Both the position numbers and the translations under genes were made by a program. From an uncultured Gemmatimonadota bacterium (GTDB lineage Bacteria > Gemmatimonadota > Gemmatimonadetes > Palauibacterales > Palauibacteraceae), in assembly GCA_964465015.1 (NCBI GenBank), contig CAYXHP010000072.1:5355-69354 (forward strand): a DNA stretch of 64,000 nt. Reading direction: 5' to 3'. The notes below the pieces were generated by a model. It saw only the letters and a program-made list of their open reading frames with translations. It had not been told where the DNA came from and ran no database searches. The stretch's first letter is position 1. Each line of letters starts with the position of its first letter. This document shows, piece by piece, positions 8,373 through 17,031 of this stretch.

Positions 8373-9040
8373 GAGCTGACACAGTCAGACACGGACGCAG
8401 GAACAAGGCGGGCCTCCGGGGCCCCGCCGGCCTCCTGCCGCTGGCCCTCGCCCTCGCGACGCTGGCCGGCTGCAAGACCCCGACGACCGGACCCACGGCG
8501 ACGGGTGCCATCCAGGGTCGGGTCCTCAACGACAGCACCGGGTCGCCCGTGGCCGGAGCCTCGATCACCACGAATCCGCCCACCAGCGCGCCGGTCTCCG
8601 GCGCGGACGGGACGTTTGAGCTTCCGGACCTGGACACCGGGGAGTATTCCATCTCGGCCAGGAAGTCCGGTTTCTCGTCCGCCACCGTCTCGGTCTCGGT
8701 CGAGAAGGGAAAGACCACCGACGCCACCATCCTCCTCCCGCCCACCAGCTCGAAGTCGGACGTGCTTAACGTCGAGATCGATGATGTGCGCACCAGCACG
8801 CCAGCGCCCGATTCAGTGTTCACGGAGGTCGAGTACGTCGCCAAGAACGTGTCGCAGGACACGCTGGCCGAGTACAACATCGTCTTCAACATCTTCCTGC
8901 CGGGAAAAGTGCTGAAGCAGGAAGAGACGGGAGAGGATCTCCATCCAGACCAGCAGCACGTGGGTGATTTCCGGAAGTATGTCGGAGACACGACACCGGA
9001 CTCGGTCCGCGTCGGCGACATCTACACCCGGCCGACCTGA
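8360..9040 (+). CDS. lipoprotein with a carboxypeptidase-regulatory-like (CarbopepD_reg / transthyretin-like beta-sandwich) domain, coupled to the curli locus
   Basis: In-frame ATGs at 8360 and 8369 overlap the stop (8370-8372) of the preceding curlin gene. It has a lipobox LATLAGC. The segment GAIQGRVLNDSTGSPVAGASITT...GADGTFELPDLDTGEYSISARKSGF...VSVEKGKTTDATILL matches the CarbopepD_reg pattern. Confidence 0.65.
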   Translation: MAAMRADTVRHGRRNKAGLRGPAGLLPLALALATLAGCKTPTTGPTATGAIQGRVLNDSTGSPVAGASITTNPPTSAPVSGADGTFELPDLDTGEYSISARKSGFSSATVSVSVEKGKTTDATILLPPTSSKSDVLNVEIDDVRTSTPAPDSVFTEVEYVAKNVSQDTLAEYNIVFNIFLPGKVLKQEETGEDLHPDQQHVGDFRKYVGDTTPDSVRVGDIYTRPT

Positions 9041-9217
9041 CGCCGCTCCACCCGTCGCCTCGCCCGTCGCTCACCGGCAGGCCTTGACGCCGATCCTCCC
9101 TCCCGGACATTTCAGGAGTACTTTCTACGGCCCCACCCGGACCGCGACCCACCAGGCTCGACCAGAGCCGTGGTCGGTCGGTGTCCCGGGAATCCGCGAC
9201 AGCCTCGAGGGAGGCGC

Positions 9218-10168
9218 ATGGTGAGCGTCCTCGACGCCATCGGCGGCACCACCCTGGTCCGCCTGGCCCGCGTCGTACCTCCGGGCTGTGCCGATGTGCG
9301 GGTGAAGCTGGAGTGGGAGAACCCCACCGGGAGCTTCAAGGACCGCATGGCTCGCGCGCTGATCGAGCGGGCGGAAGCCGACGGCCGCCTGGAGCCCGGC
9401 GGCTCCGTCCTCGAGTACACGGGCGGCTCCACCGGCACCTCCCTCGCCCTGGTGTGCGCCGCGAAGGGCTACCGGCTCCGCATCGTCACCTCCGACGCGT
9501 TCAGCCGGGAGAAGCTGGACCACATGGCCGCGCTCGGGGCCGAGCTCACGCTGGTGCCGAGCGAGGGCGGCAAGACCACGAAGAAGCTGATCCTCGACAT
9601 GGTCGAGAGGGCCCGGGAGATGAGCCGCGAGCCAGGCACCTACTGGACCGACCAGCTCCACAACGAGGACACGATCGCCGGCTACCTGCCGCTCGGCGAG
9701 GAAATCTGGGACCAGACGAAGGGAAAGGTGGACGCGTTCGTGCACTGCGTGGGCACGGCGGCCTCCTCGCGCGGGGTCGCCACCGCGCTCAAGCGCTACG
9801 ACGCCGACGTCGAGCTCGTGGCCGTGGAGCCGGCCGAGTCCCCGGTCCTGTCGGGCGGTGAGCCACATCCCCACGAGATCGAAGGGGTGGGGATCGGCTA
9901 CACGCCCCCGCTGTTCGACCCGGCGCTCGTGGACGGCATCGAGGCGGTGGAGACCGAGGAGGCGAAGGCGATGGCCCGCCGGCTGGCGCGCGAGGAGGGG
10001 CTGTTCGCCGGCACGTCGTCGGGCGCCAACGTGATCGCCGCGCTCCGCGTGGGCCGGCGGCTGGGACCGGGAGCCACGGTGGTCACGCTCATGTGCGACT
10101 CCGGTCTCAAGTACCTGAGCACCGACGTGTACCGGACGGCGGAGGGGAGCCAGCCATGGAGCGAGTGA
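9218..10168 (+). CDS. PLP-dependent cysteine synthase family protein (CysK/CysM-like)
   Basis: It has the Lys-PLP motif GSFKDRMA and the glycine-rich GTSSGAN loop. The length and fold pattern fit the family. Confidence 0.8.
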   Translation: MVSVLDAIGGTTLVRLARVVPPGCADVRVKLEWENPTGSFKDRMARALIERAEADGRLEPGGSVLEYTGGSTGTSLALVCAAKGYRLRIVTSDAFSREKLDHMAALGAELTLVPSEGGKTTKKLILDMVERAREMSREPGTYWTDQLHNEDTIAGYLPLGEEIWDQTKGKVDAFVHCVGTAASSRGVATALKRYDADVELVAVEPAESPVLSGGEPHPHEIEGVGIGYTPPLFDPALVDGIEAVETEEAKAMARRLAREEGLFAGTSSGANVIAALRVGRRLGPGATVVTLMCDSGLKYLSTDVYRTAEGSQPWSE

Positions 10169-10524
10169 CAGGTATCGGAGGCGTGTTCTTCAGGGCGAGG
10201 GATCCGCACGCCCTCGCGGCCTGGTATCGCGATCACCTGGGCGTGCCGGTCCAGGCAGGCCAGACGTTCGCCGGCTTCCCCGCCGGAGATTCCGCCGCGC
10301 AGACGGTGTGGTCGGTGTTCCCCGTGGACACGGAGTACTTCGGTCCCGGCCACGGAGAGCTCATGATCAACTACCGGGTCCGCGACCTCGATGCGCTCCT
10401 GGCCCAGCTCCGCGCCGCGGGGGCCGGCGTGGACGACCGGATCGAGGAGTACGACTACGGCCGCTTCGGGTGGGCCACCGATCCCGAGGGAAACCGGTTC
10501 GAGCTCTGGGAGCCGAAGCCGTAG
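10156..10524 (+). CDS. VOC/glyoxalase-family protein
   Basis: The 122-aa protein has a typical glyoxalase-fold sequence. It overlaps the upstream stop by 13 nt. Confidence 0.7.
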   Translation: MERVTGIGGVFFRARDPHALAAWYRDHLGVPVQAGQTFAGFPAGDSAAQTVWSVFPVDTEYFGPGHGELMINYRVRDLDALLAQLRAAGAGVDDRIEEYDYGRFGWATDPEGNRFELWEPKP

Positions 10525-10544
10525 ATTCCCGCGGCGAGGGGGGC

Positions 10545-11093
10545 GTGGCCGGAGCCGGAGCGTCGGAGAGCGGGATCGTCGGGCTCGGCGACCTCCTCCG
10601 CCTGGTCGGCCGCTGGGAGGGCGTCGGGCACGCCGCGTACCCGACCATCGAACCCGCCGACTACCGGGAAGAGCTGGTCTTTCGTCACGACGGCACGGGT
10701 CCGCTGCTGCGCTATTTCCAGAGGGCGTGGCGCGCCTCCCCCGGGAACCGCGACGGAGAGCCCCTGTTCCAGGAGTGCGGCTTTCTCATCGACCGGGAGG
10801 ACGGGACGTTCGAGATGGTGAGCGCCCAGTGGAGCGGCCGAACCGAGGTGCTCCGCGGACCGGCCGCGCGGGACCATGATGGGCGCCTGTCCCTGGACCT
10901 GGCCAGCGTGGCCATTGGAAACGACGATCGCGTCCTCCGCTCCGCTCGACGTCTCGAGCTGGGCACCGACACGCTCGTCTATCGGCTCCGCATGAGCACG
11001 CGCTCGCATCCCGCGGGGGGCATCCACCTGAGGGCGAGGCTGCGGAGGGTGGATCCGGAGGGCCGACCCGCCGACCCGGAGGAACCGGCCTAG
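10545..11093 (+). CDS. DUF1794/nitrobindin-like (FABP-like beta-barrel) protein
   Basis: It contains LVGRWEGVGHAAYPT...YREELVF..DG..LLRYFQRAW...EMVSAQWSGRTEVLRG...LVYRLRM. The start (GTG at ~10545) is uncertain. Confidence 0.5.
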   Translation: MAGAGASESGIVGLGDLLRLVGRWEGVGHAAYPTIEPADYREELVFRHDGTGPLLRYFQRAWRASPGNRDGEPLFQECGFLIDREDGTFEMVSAQWSGRTEVLRGPAARDHDGRLSLDLASVAIGNDDRVLRSARRLELGTDTLVYRLRMSTRSHPAGGIHLRARLRRVDPEGRPADPEEPA

Positions 11094-12115
11094 GGGCTCA
11101 CCGGGCACGTGGCCGGCGCGGCTCCGGTCGTGTCACCCGCTTCCGGGGCCTCACGGGATCCCACCGTCGCGAGGAGCTCGGCCGGCACCTTCGCGCGGTC
11201 TCCCATCACGACCCCGATCGTCGCGTAGCCCCGCTCCTCCAGCCCCTCCCGTCCCCTCCGGGAGAGCAGGAAGGCGATGAAGGCGCGGCCGACCGCCGGG
11301 TCTCCCGCCCCGCCGGGCACCGTGGCGGCGTAGACGATGGCGCCGCCGCGGTGCACGGTGCCGTCGGGGGCCCGGTAGGTCATGGTGCGGTAGACGCTGT
11401 CGCACGCCGGGTCGCCGAAACTGATGGCCGGTGGGAGCCGGAGGACCGAGAGCCCCTGCGCCCGCGCCTCGGACAGGTAGAACACGCCCGCGTCGAGCTC
11501 GCCGGTCTGGACCCTCGCCGCGAGCTGGTCCTCGGGGAAGACCTGGCGCGGCCCTCCGATGAGACGGTCCGCCAGCCCGGGAGTCCCGTAGTGGCGCTCG
11601 GCCAGCCGGAGCATCCACACGGTCCGGTAGCCCTTGGGATCCAGGGCCGGATCCGTGCGCCCGAACCGAAAGCCGGGCCTCTCCGCGACCTTCCACCAGG
11701 GGACGAGTCCCCGGGCGGCGCTGTCGAGAGCCGCCGAGAAGCGGCCGCCCGGCCGGTAGCCCAGCGACAGCTCGCCCGTGGCGAACGCGATCGCCCAGCC
11801 GGGGTCGGCGCGCCCGAGGCCTCCGAGCGTTCCGGGGTCGGCTGTCACGTAGACGTCGGCCTCGAGGAGGCCATCGCGGATCTGGTGTGCTCCCGCGGTG
11901 GAGCCGCGCGCCACGCCCCTGAAGCCACGGCCCGTGCTGTCCTGAAAGCCCGGCCCGAGGGTCTTCTCCATGGCCGCCGTGAGCGAGGCGGCGTACACGA
12001 CGTCGGCCGGGTCGTCGGCCCGGCCGGTGGGCCGGCAGCCGGCCGTCGTGGCCACGGCACCCAGGAGGAGGGCGCCGAGCACGACAGCGGGCGAGCGCGT
12101 CCGCGCAGCTCTCAC
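11090..12115 (-). CDS. periplasmic solute-binding protein (molybdate/tungstate ModA-like) of an ABC transporter; no permease/ATPase adjacent
   Basis: It has a lipoprotein-like signal (AVATTAGC) and an SBP-family fold. Its start overlaps the stop of the ModE-like regulator by 4 bp. Confidence 0.65.
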   Translation of the reverse strand: MRAARTRSPAVVLGALLLGAVATTAGCRPTGRADDPADVVYAASLTAAMEKTLGPGFQDSTGRGFRGVARGSTAGAHQIRDGLLEADVYVTADPGTLGGLGRADPGWAIAFATGELSLGYRPGGRFSAALDSAARGLVPWWKVAERPGFRFGRTDPALDPKGYRTVWMLRLAERHYGTPGLADRLIGGPRQVFPEDQLAARVQTGELDAGVFYLSEARAQGLSVLRLPPAISFGDPACDSVYRTMTYRAPDGTVHRGGAIVYAATVPGGAGDPAVGRAFIAFLLSRRGREGLEERGYATIGVVMGDRAKVPAELLATVGSREAPEAGDTTGAAPATCPVSP

Positions 12116-12525
12116 CCGTCAGCCGCCGGGAGGTCGACCATGACGTTGGTGGCCTTGATCGACGCGACCACTTCCTTCCCGGGCTCCAGCCCGAGCTCGC
12201 GCACGCTCTCGGCGGTGATGAGCGCCAGGAGCCGGAAGGGTCCCGCGTGCATCTCCACCGTCGCGGCGGCGGTGCCGCACACGACCTCGGTGACGATGGC
12301 GCGAAGCTGGTTCCGGGCCGACTGGGCGGTCACGGTGGGCCGCGGCGTTCTCTGCTCGTCCAGCAGCTTCCGGATCGCGGCGAGCGGAACGATCCGCTGC
12401 CCTCCCCGGCTGCGTCCGAGCTCGATCTTGCCCTCCTCCTCCCAGCGCCGCAGGGTATCTACGCTGACGCCGAGGAGGACGGCTGCTTGACCTATACGTA
12501 GATATGTATCTTTCATAGGCATCAT
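12112..12525 (-). CDS. MerR-type HTH + TOBE (molybdopterin-binding) transcriptional regulator, ModE-like
   Basis: The N-terminal MKDTYLRIGQAAVLLGVSVDTLRRWEEEG is a MerR/excisionase-type HTH. The C-terminal NQLRAIVTEV...ASIKATNVMV is a TOBE domain. Confidence 0.75.
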   Translation of the reverse strand: MMPMKDTYLRIGQAAVLLGVSVDTLRRWEEEGKIELGRSRGGQRIVPLAAIRKLLDEQRTPRPTVTAQSARNQLRAIVTEVVCGTAAATVEMHAGPFRLLALITAESVRELGLEPGKEVVASIKATNVMVDLPAADG

Positions 12526-12575
12526 TACCTAGGTATTATGGTTCGACGCCGCAAGGACGGCGGAGGGAGACTCCC

Positions 12576-13445
12576 ATGTTCCTGATCGCCGGAGCCACCG
12601 GCTCCGTGGGCGGCAAGGTGGCCGTCCGGCTCCTCGAAGACGGCGAGTCCGTGCGATGCCTGGTCCGCCCCGGGACCAGCGCGGAAGCGCTCGAGCGCCG
12701 GGGCGCGGAGATCGCGGTCGGCGACCTGCGCGACCCCGCCAGCCTCGAGTGGGCCTGCCGGGACATCGACGTGATCATCTCCACGGCGAGCGCGACCCGA
12801 AGAACCGACGACACCCCCGAGAACGTGGACGGTAGAGGCAACCGGAACCTCGTCGAGGCCGCAGTGCCGGCCGGCGTTCGCCGTTTCGTCCTCGTGTCGA
12901 CCCTGCGCGCGTCGTCCGACAGCCCCGTCTCGACCTACCGCGCGAAGGGGGAGGCGGAGTCGGCGGTCCGCGACAGCGGCCTCGAGTACGCGATCGTCCG
13001 GGCGAACGCGTTCATGGACGTCTGGTTCGGGATGTTCATCGAGGCGCCGCTGGCCGCGGGCCGTCCGGTGACCCTCGTGGGCGAGTCTCGCGGCCGCCAT
13101 TCGTTCATCGCCGAGCGCGACGTGGCGGCGTTCCTCCTCGCCGGGGCGCGAAGACCGGGGGCCAGGGACCGGACCCTCGCCATCGGGGGACCCGAGGCGC
13201 TGGATTTCCGGGACGTCGTGCATGCGTACGAGTCCGCGCTGGGTCGGCCCATCCCGGTGCGCCGCGTCGAGCCGGGGGCCCCGATCCCCGGGGTTCCCGA
13301 GCCCGTGTGGGGTCTGGCGGCCGCGCTGGATGCGTCCGACTCCGTGGTGCCCATGGACGAGCTCGCCCGGGAGTTCGACATCGAGCTCACCGACGCCCGG
13401 ACCTACGCGCGGCGCTCGGCGCTGGTCCTCGGTTCGCAGCCGTGA
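12576..13445 (+). CDS. NmrA-like / atypical SDR NAD(P)-binding protein
   Basis: It has the N-terminal GATGSVGG Rossmann motif and the NmrA-like length. Confidence 0.8.
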   Translation: MFLIAGATGSVGGKVAVRLLEDGESVRCLVRPGTSAEALERRGAEIAVGDLRDPASLEWACRDIDVIISTASATRRTDDTPENVDGRGNRNLVEAAVPAGVRRFVLVSTLRASSDSPVSTYRAKGEAESAVRDSGLEYAIVRANAFMDVWFGMFIEAPLAAGRPVTLVGESRGRHSFIAERDVAAFLLAGARRPGARDRTLAIGGPEALDFRDVVHAYESALGRPIPVRRVEPGAPIPGVPEPVWGLAAALDASDSVVPMDELAREFDIELTDARTYARRSALVLGSQP

Positions 13446-14056
13446 CCATCCCTACGGGCCGCACGAGCGCGGCGGGGCCTTCGGCGGACACTCGAACCGG
13501 CGCCACCGCCCTCCTCGTGGTCGACGTCCAGCGGGGCCTGGTGGACGCCGGCCCCTGGGCCGCCGACGAGGTGCTCGGCAACATCGCCGCCCTGATCGCG
13601 GCCTGTCGCGGGGCCGGCGTGGAGGTGGTGCACGTCCAGCACGACGGCCAGCCGGGAGAGCCCGAGGAGCCGGGCACGCACGGATGGGAGATCCACCCGG
13701 CGGTGCGGCCCGCCCCGGGCGAGAAGCTCGTCCGGAAGCGCTTCAACAGCGCCTTCCGCGGAACGGACCTCCTCGACCACCTGCGGGCACGGGAGATCGG
13801 CCGGCTCATCGTGATAGGTATGCAGACCGAGTACTGCATCGACACGACCTGCCGCGTGGCGTTCGAGCACGGCTTTCGGCTCGTCATGCCCGAGATGACC
13901 AACACGACGCTGGACAGCGGCGAGCTCACGGGCCGCCAGATCCAGGAGCACTTCAATCGCCGGATCTTCGCGGGTCGCTTCGCCTCGGCGCCCACCATGA
14001 CCGACGCGCTGCGCATCATCGAGAAAGCCGGGAGAGCGGAGGGAGACGCCGCGTGA
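13442..14056 (+). CDS. isochorismatase-family cysteine hydrolase
   Basis: The segments LLVVDVQRG...GMQTEYCIDTTCR carry the catalytic Asp and Cys context. The GTG start overlaps the upstream stop (GTGA). Confidence 0.75.
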   Translation: MTIPTGRTSAAGPSADTRTGATALLVVDVQRGLVDAGPWAADEVLGNIAALIAACRGAGVEVVHVQHDGQPGEPEEPGTHGWEIHPAVRPAPGEKLVRKRFNSAFRGTDLLDHLRAREIGRLIVIGMQTEYCIDTTCRVAFEHGFRLVMPEMTNTTLDSGELTGRQIQEHFNRRIFAGRFASAPTMTDALRIIEKAGRAEGDAA

Positions 14057-14403
14057 GCGCGCTCGAGCGACTGAACCTGGGCCTGCGCGCATTGATGGAG
14101 CTGGGCGTGGTGTGCGGGCTGGCCTACTGGGGCTGGCACCTGGGGCGCAGCCGCCTGTCCCGGACATTGCTGGCGATCGGCGCGCCGGCCCTCGGGTTCG
14201 GATTCTGGGGCGCCGTGGATTTCCGGGGAGCCGGAGCGGCCGCCGAGTGGCTGCGGCTGGCCCAGGAGCTCCTGGTGTCGGGCCTCGCCGCCGCGGCGCT
14301 GTACGTGGCCGGGGCGCAGGCGCTGGGGTGGGCGCTGGCCGCCCTGTCGGTGGTCCACCACGGGCTGGTGTACGTGGCGGGCGGAAGGCTGCTGAAGAGC
14401 TGA
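14053..14403 (+). CDS. small membrane protein (DUF2568-like)
   Basis: A GTGA overlap with the upstream gene. It is 116 aa with 3-4 predicted TM helices. Confidence 0.5.
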   Translation: MSALERLNLGLRALMELGVVCGLAYWGWHLGRSRLSRTLLAIGAPALGFGFWGAVDFRGAGAAAEWLRLAQELLVSGLAAAALYVAGAQALGWALAALSVVHHGLVYVAGGRLLKS

Positions 14404-14446
14404 GGCCGGAACCGGCGCACCGGCGCCCGGTCGCCGCCCGATCCCG

Positions 14447-15721
14447 CTAGCTCCCGCCTCCGGGCACCGCCGCCGCGACCTCCGGCTCCTCCGCCCCGGC
14501 CAGCCTCGCCACCAGCACCGCCGCCACCATGTCGCCCGTCGCGTTCAGCGTCGTGGCGAACAGGTCCGGGATGGCGTCGACTGCGATGAGCAGTCCGATC
14601 CCCTCCATCGGGAGACCGATAGCCAGGAAGAGGGGTGCCAGCATCAGGAACGCACCTCTAGGCACGCCGGGGCTGGCGGCGGCCAGGAACACCGCCGCCA
14701 CCCCGATGATGGCCAGGTGCGCGGGACCCACGGGGATGCCGTAGAACCATCCCACGAAGAGCGCTCCCAGCGTCCAGGAGACCGGCCCCGCGACGTGGAA
14801 GATGGAGACGGCGAGCGGGAGCACGAAGCCCGACACGCGCTCGCTGACTCCCAGCTGGTCCTCGCAGCCCTCCACCATGACCGGAAGCGTGGCGATCGAA
14901 GAGCTGGTGCTGAGGGCGATGAGCTGGGCCGGGAGCGCCGCGCGCGCGAACACCCCGAAGCCCGTGCGCCCGAGGCCCGCGGCCACGGGATACAGGAGCG
15001 CGATCATCGCCACACACGCCGCCGAGTACACGACGATGAAGCCGACCACGGCGCCGGCCAGGCCCACGCCGGCGTGGGCCGCCAGCGGGAGGAGGAGCGC
15101 GAACACCCCGACCGGCGCGGCCGCCACGACCCAGCGCACCAGGACGAGCATGGCGTCGGCCAGCGCCCCGAAGAACCCGACGAGGGTGGCGCGGGAGGCG
15201 GCCGGGCTCCGGGCGATGGCCAGGGCCAGGAGCAGCGTGAATACGATGAGGGGCAGCATGGCGCCATCGGCCGACGCCGCTACCGGATTGGTCGGCACCA
15301 GGGAGACGAGCCACGAGCCGAAGCCCGTGGGCGCGTGGCTGGAGGCGACCTGCGCCGCGGCCTCGGCGGCACCGGCGGGGAGCGGGGGCCGCGCCCCGAC
15401 CTCGGGAAGGAGCCGCGCGAGCGCGCCGGCCACGGGGATGAACACGACCGCCACGCCGGCCAGGAGTGCGAGGAAGACCAGGAGGGTCCGGCCGCCGATC
15501 CGGCCCACGTCGCGAAGGTCGGAGACCGAGGCCACACCCGTCACCAGGAGGGACACGACCAGGGGGATCACGGTCATGCGGATGGCGTTCACCCACAGGG
15601 TGCCCACCGGCGCCACCCGGTCGGCGGCGTGCAGGAGGGTCGGGCTCCCGGAAGCCGCGATGGCCGCGCCGCCGGCGATGCCGACGACTACGGCCACCGC
15701 GACCCAGCGGCTCGACTTCAC
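14447..15721 (-). CDS. dicarboxylate/amino acid:cation symporter (DAACS / GltP-SstT family)
   Basis: It is a 424-aa polytopic membrane protein. Family-typical segments include TGDM and PLFLAIGLPMEG. Confidence 0.85.
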   Translation of the reverse strand: MKSSRWVAVAVVVGIAGGAAIAASGSPTLLHAADRVAPVGTLWVNAIRMTVIPLVVSLLVTGVASVSDLRDVGRIGGRTLLVFLALLAGVAVVFIPVAGALARLLPEVGARPPLPAGAAEAAAQVASSHAPTGFGSWLVSLVPTNPVAASADGAMLPLIVFTLLLALAIARSPAASRATLVGFFGALADAMLVLVRWVVAAAPVGVFALLLPLAAHAGVGLAGAVVGFIVVYSAACVAMIALLYPVAAGLGRTGFGVFARAALPAQLIALSTSSSIATLPVMVEGCEDQLGVSERVSGFVLPLAVSIFHVAGPVSWTLGALFVGWFYGIPVGPAHLAIIGVAAVFLAAASPGVPRGAFLMLAPLFLAIGLPMEGIGLLIAVDAIPDLFATTLNATGDMVAAVLVARLAGAEEPEVAAAVPGGGS

Positions 15722-15725
15722 CCGT

Positions 15726-16520
15726 TCAGGTCGTCGTGAAACCCGAGAAGATGAACTGGTACGCCTGCGCCTGAGCGTCCCAGTCGGCCCGGAAGGTGGT
15801 GGGGTGAGGGCCCGACATCCCCGGCACGCTCGGGATCGGATAGCTGAAGGACTTCTTCTGCATCAGGAGCGTCTTCGTGAGCATCGGCTCGAGGAAGATC
15901 GGCTTGCCGGCGTAGTAGCCCACCAGCATGTCGCCCGTGAACAACTGCCCGCTCTCCAGCTCCGCCGTGGGGAGGGCGTGCATCCCCATCTGCGGTACGC
16001 AGAGCCCGACCAGGGTGTCGGGCGCGCCCATCGCCTTGGCCATGTCGGGCGGAAGAGGGACGTCGGGCAGGCTGTAGCCCGCCGGCAGTGCGGACGGCTT
16101 GCTCGTGTCCGTGCAATCCATGGCCGCGAGCTCGGAGGGCGGGACCAGGTAGAAGTGGAAGTCGAAGTGCGGTGTCAGGTACGGTCCGGGCGGATGACCG
16201 TGCGCCTCCCAGTACATGGTCAGCTCGGTGAGTCCGGTCTTCACCTGCACCGAGGCCGGTATCCCGGATGAGGCGACCGCCGTCGGCGGCCAGGTCTCCG
16301 GCGCTTCGGCCGGGGCGCCCTCGATGCTGGCGATCGGGATGGTGGCCTGGACGTCGATGACGCTGTCGCCCTGGACGTGGGCCAGCGTGCACACCTGCGA
16401 CCCGAAGGCGTCGGCACAGGCGCCCTGGACTTCGGTAGCGGCCGGCGGCTTCGCGGCGCACGCGGCCAGCACGGGCAGGACGAGCCAGCCGAGCCGGCTC
16501 GGAGTGATACGTCGCAACAT
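15726..16520 (-). CDS. hypothetical lipoprotein (co-oriented 4 nt upstream of the DAACS transporter)
   Basis: It has a signal peptide with the lipobox LAACA. The sequence is non-repetitive and of protein-like composition. Confidence 0.6.
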   Translation of the reverse strand: MLRRITPSRLGWLVLPVLAACAAKPPAATEVQGACADAFGSQVCTLAHVQGDSVIDVQATIPIASIEGAPAEAPETWPPTAVASSGIPASVQVKTGLTELTMYWEAHGHPPGPYLTPHFDFHFYLVPPSELAAMDCTDTSKPSALPAGYSLPDVPLPPDMAKAMGAPDTLVGLCVPQMGMHALPTAELESGQLFTGDMLVGYYAGKPIFLEPMLTKTLLMQKKSFSYPIPSVPGMSGPHPTTFRADWDAQAQAYQFIFSGFTTT

Positions 16521-16754
16521 GACTGCACCTCCCGTGGAAGAAGGACCTCCGGCTCCCCGTGTCCCGCTCTCTATGCGGCACAGTCACCCACGGGCAACGT
16601 CGTAGACCTGCCGATGTACACCACGCGTTCGGAGGGCACAAGGTGGCGCCGACGGGCTCGCGGGACGATCGTGTCCTCGGGCCTCGATACGGGAGCGTGC
16701 TTGAAGCGACCGGTACCGGAGGACGGACAGCGGCGTCGGCGAACGGCGGGGCGC

Positions 16755-16976
16755 ATGGTGACGGGACTCGGCGTCCTGCTCCTGGCCTCCGGACTGTGGC
16801 TGGTGGGGGGCTACGTGGCGCGCGCCGTGGCCGTACTGCACGAGCCGGATCGCTCGTGGCTCTTCTGGGGGCTCGCCATCCTCTTCCTCGGCCTGATGCT
16901 GGCGGGGGCCGGAGCCGGTCTCATCGCCTGGGGGCGGAGCCTCGCCCGCAGACCGGCCGAACGGTCCGGCCCATGA
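16755..16976 (+). CDS. small two-TM membrane protein (hypothetical)
   Basis: MVTGLGVLLLASGLWLVGG... has two hydrophobic helices. It is weakly supported. Confidence 0.3.
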   Translation: MVTGLGVLLLASGLWLVGGYVARAVAVLHEPDRSWLFWGLAILFLGLMLAGAGAGLIAWGRSLARRPAERSGP

Positions 16977-17031
16977 CCGCTCCCGGCTCGGGAAGCCTTC
17001 CATGACCCGCTCCCGAACGCTACCATGGGCC

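Noticed and set aside
2807-9217. Search for csgD (LuxR-type), csgC or csgH homologs around the curli genes
   Set aside because: The flanks encode an OsmC family protein upstream and a cysteine-synthase-like enzyme downstream. No LuxR/FixJ HTH protein and no small CsgC/CsgH-like ORF were seen. Absence is reported, not a feature.
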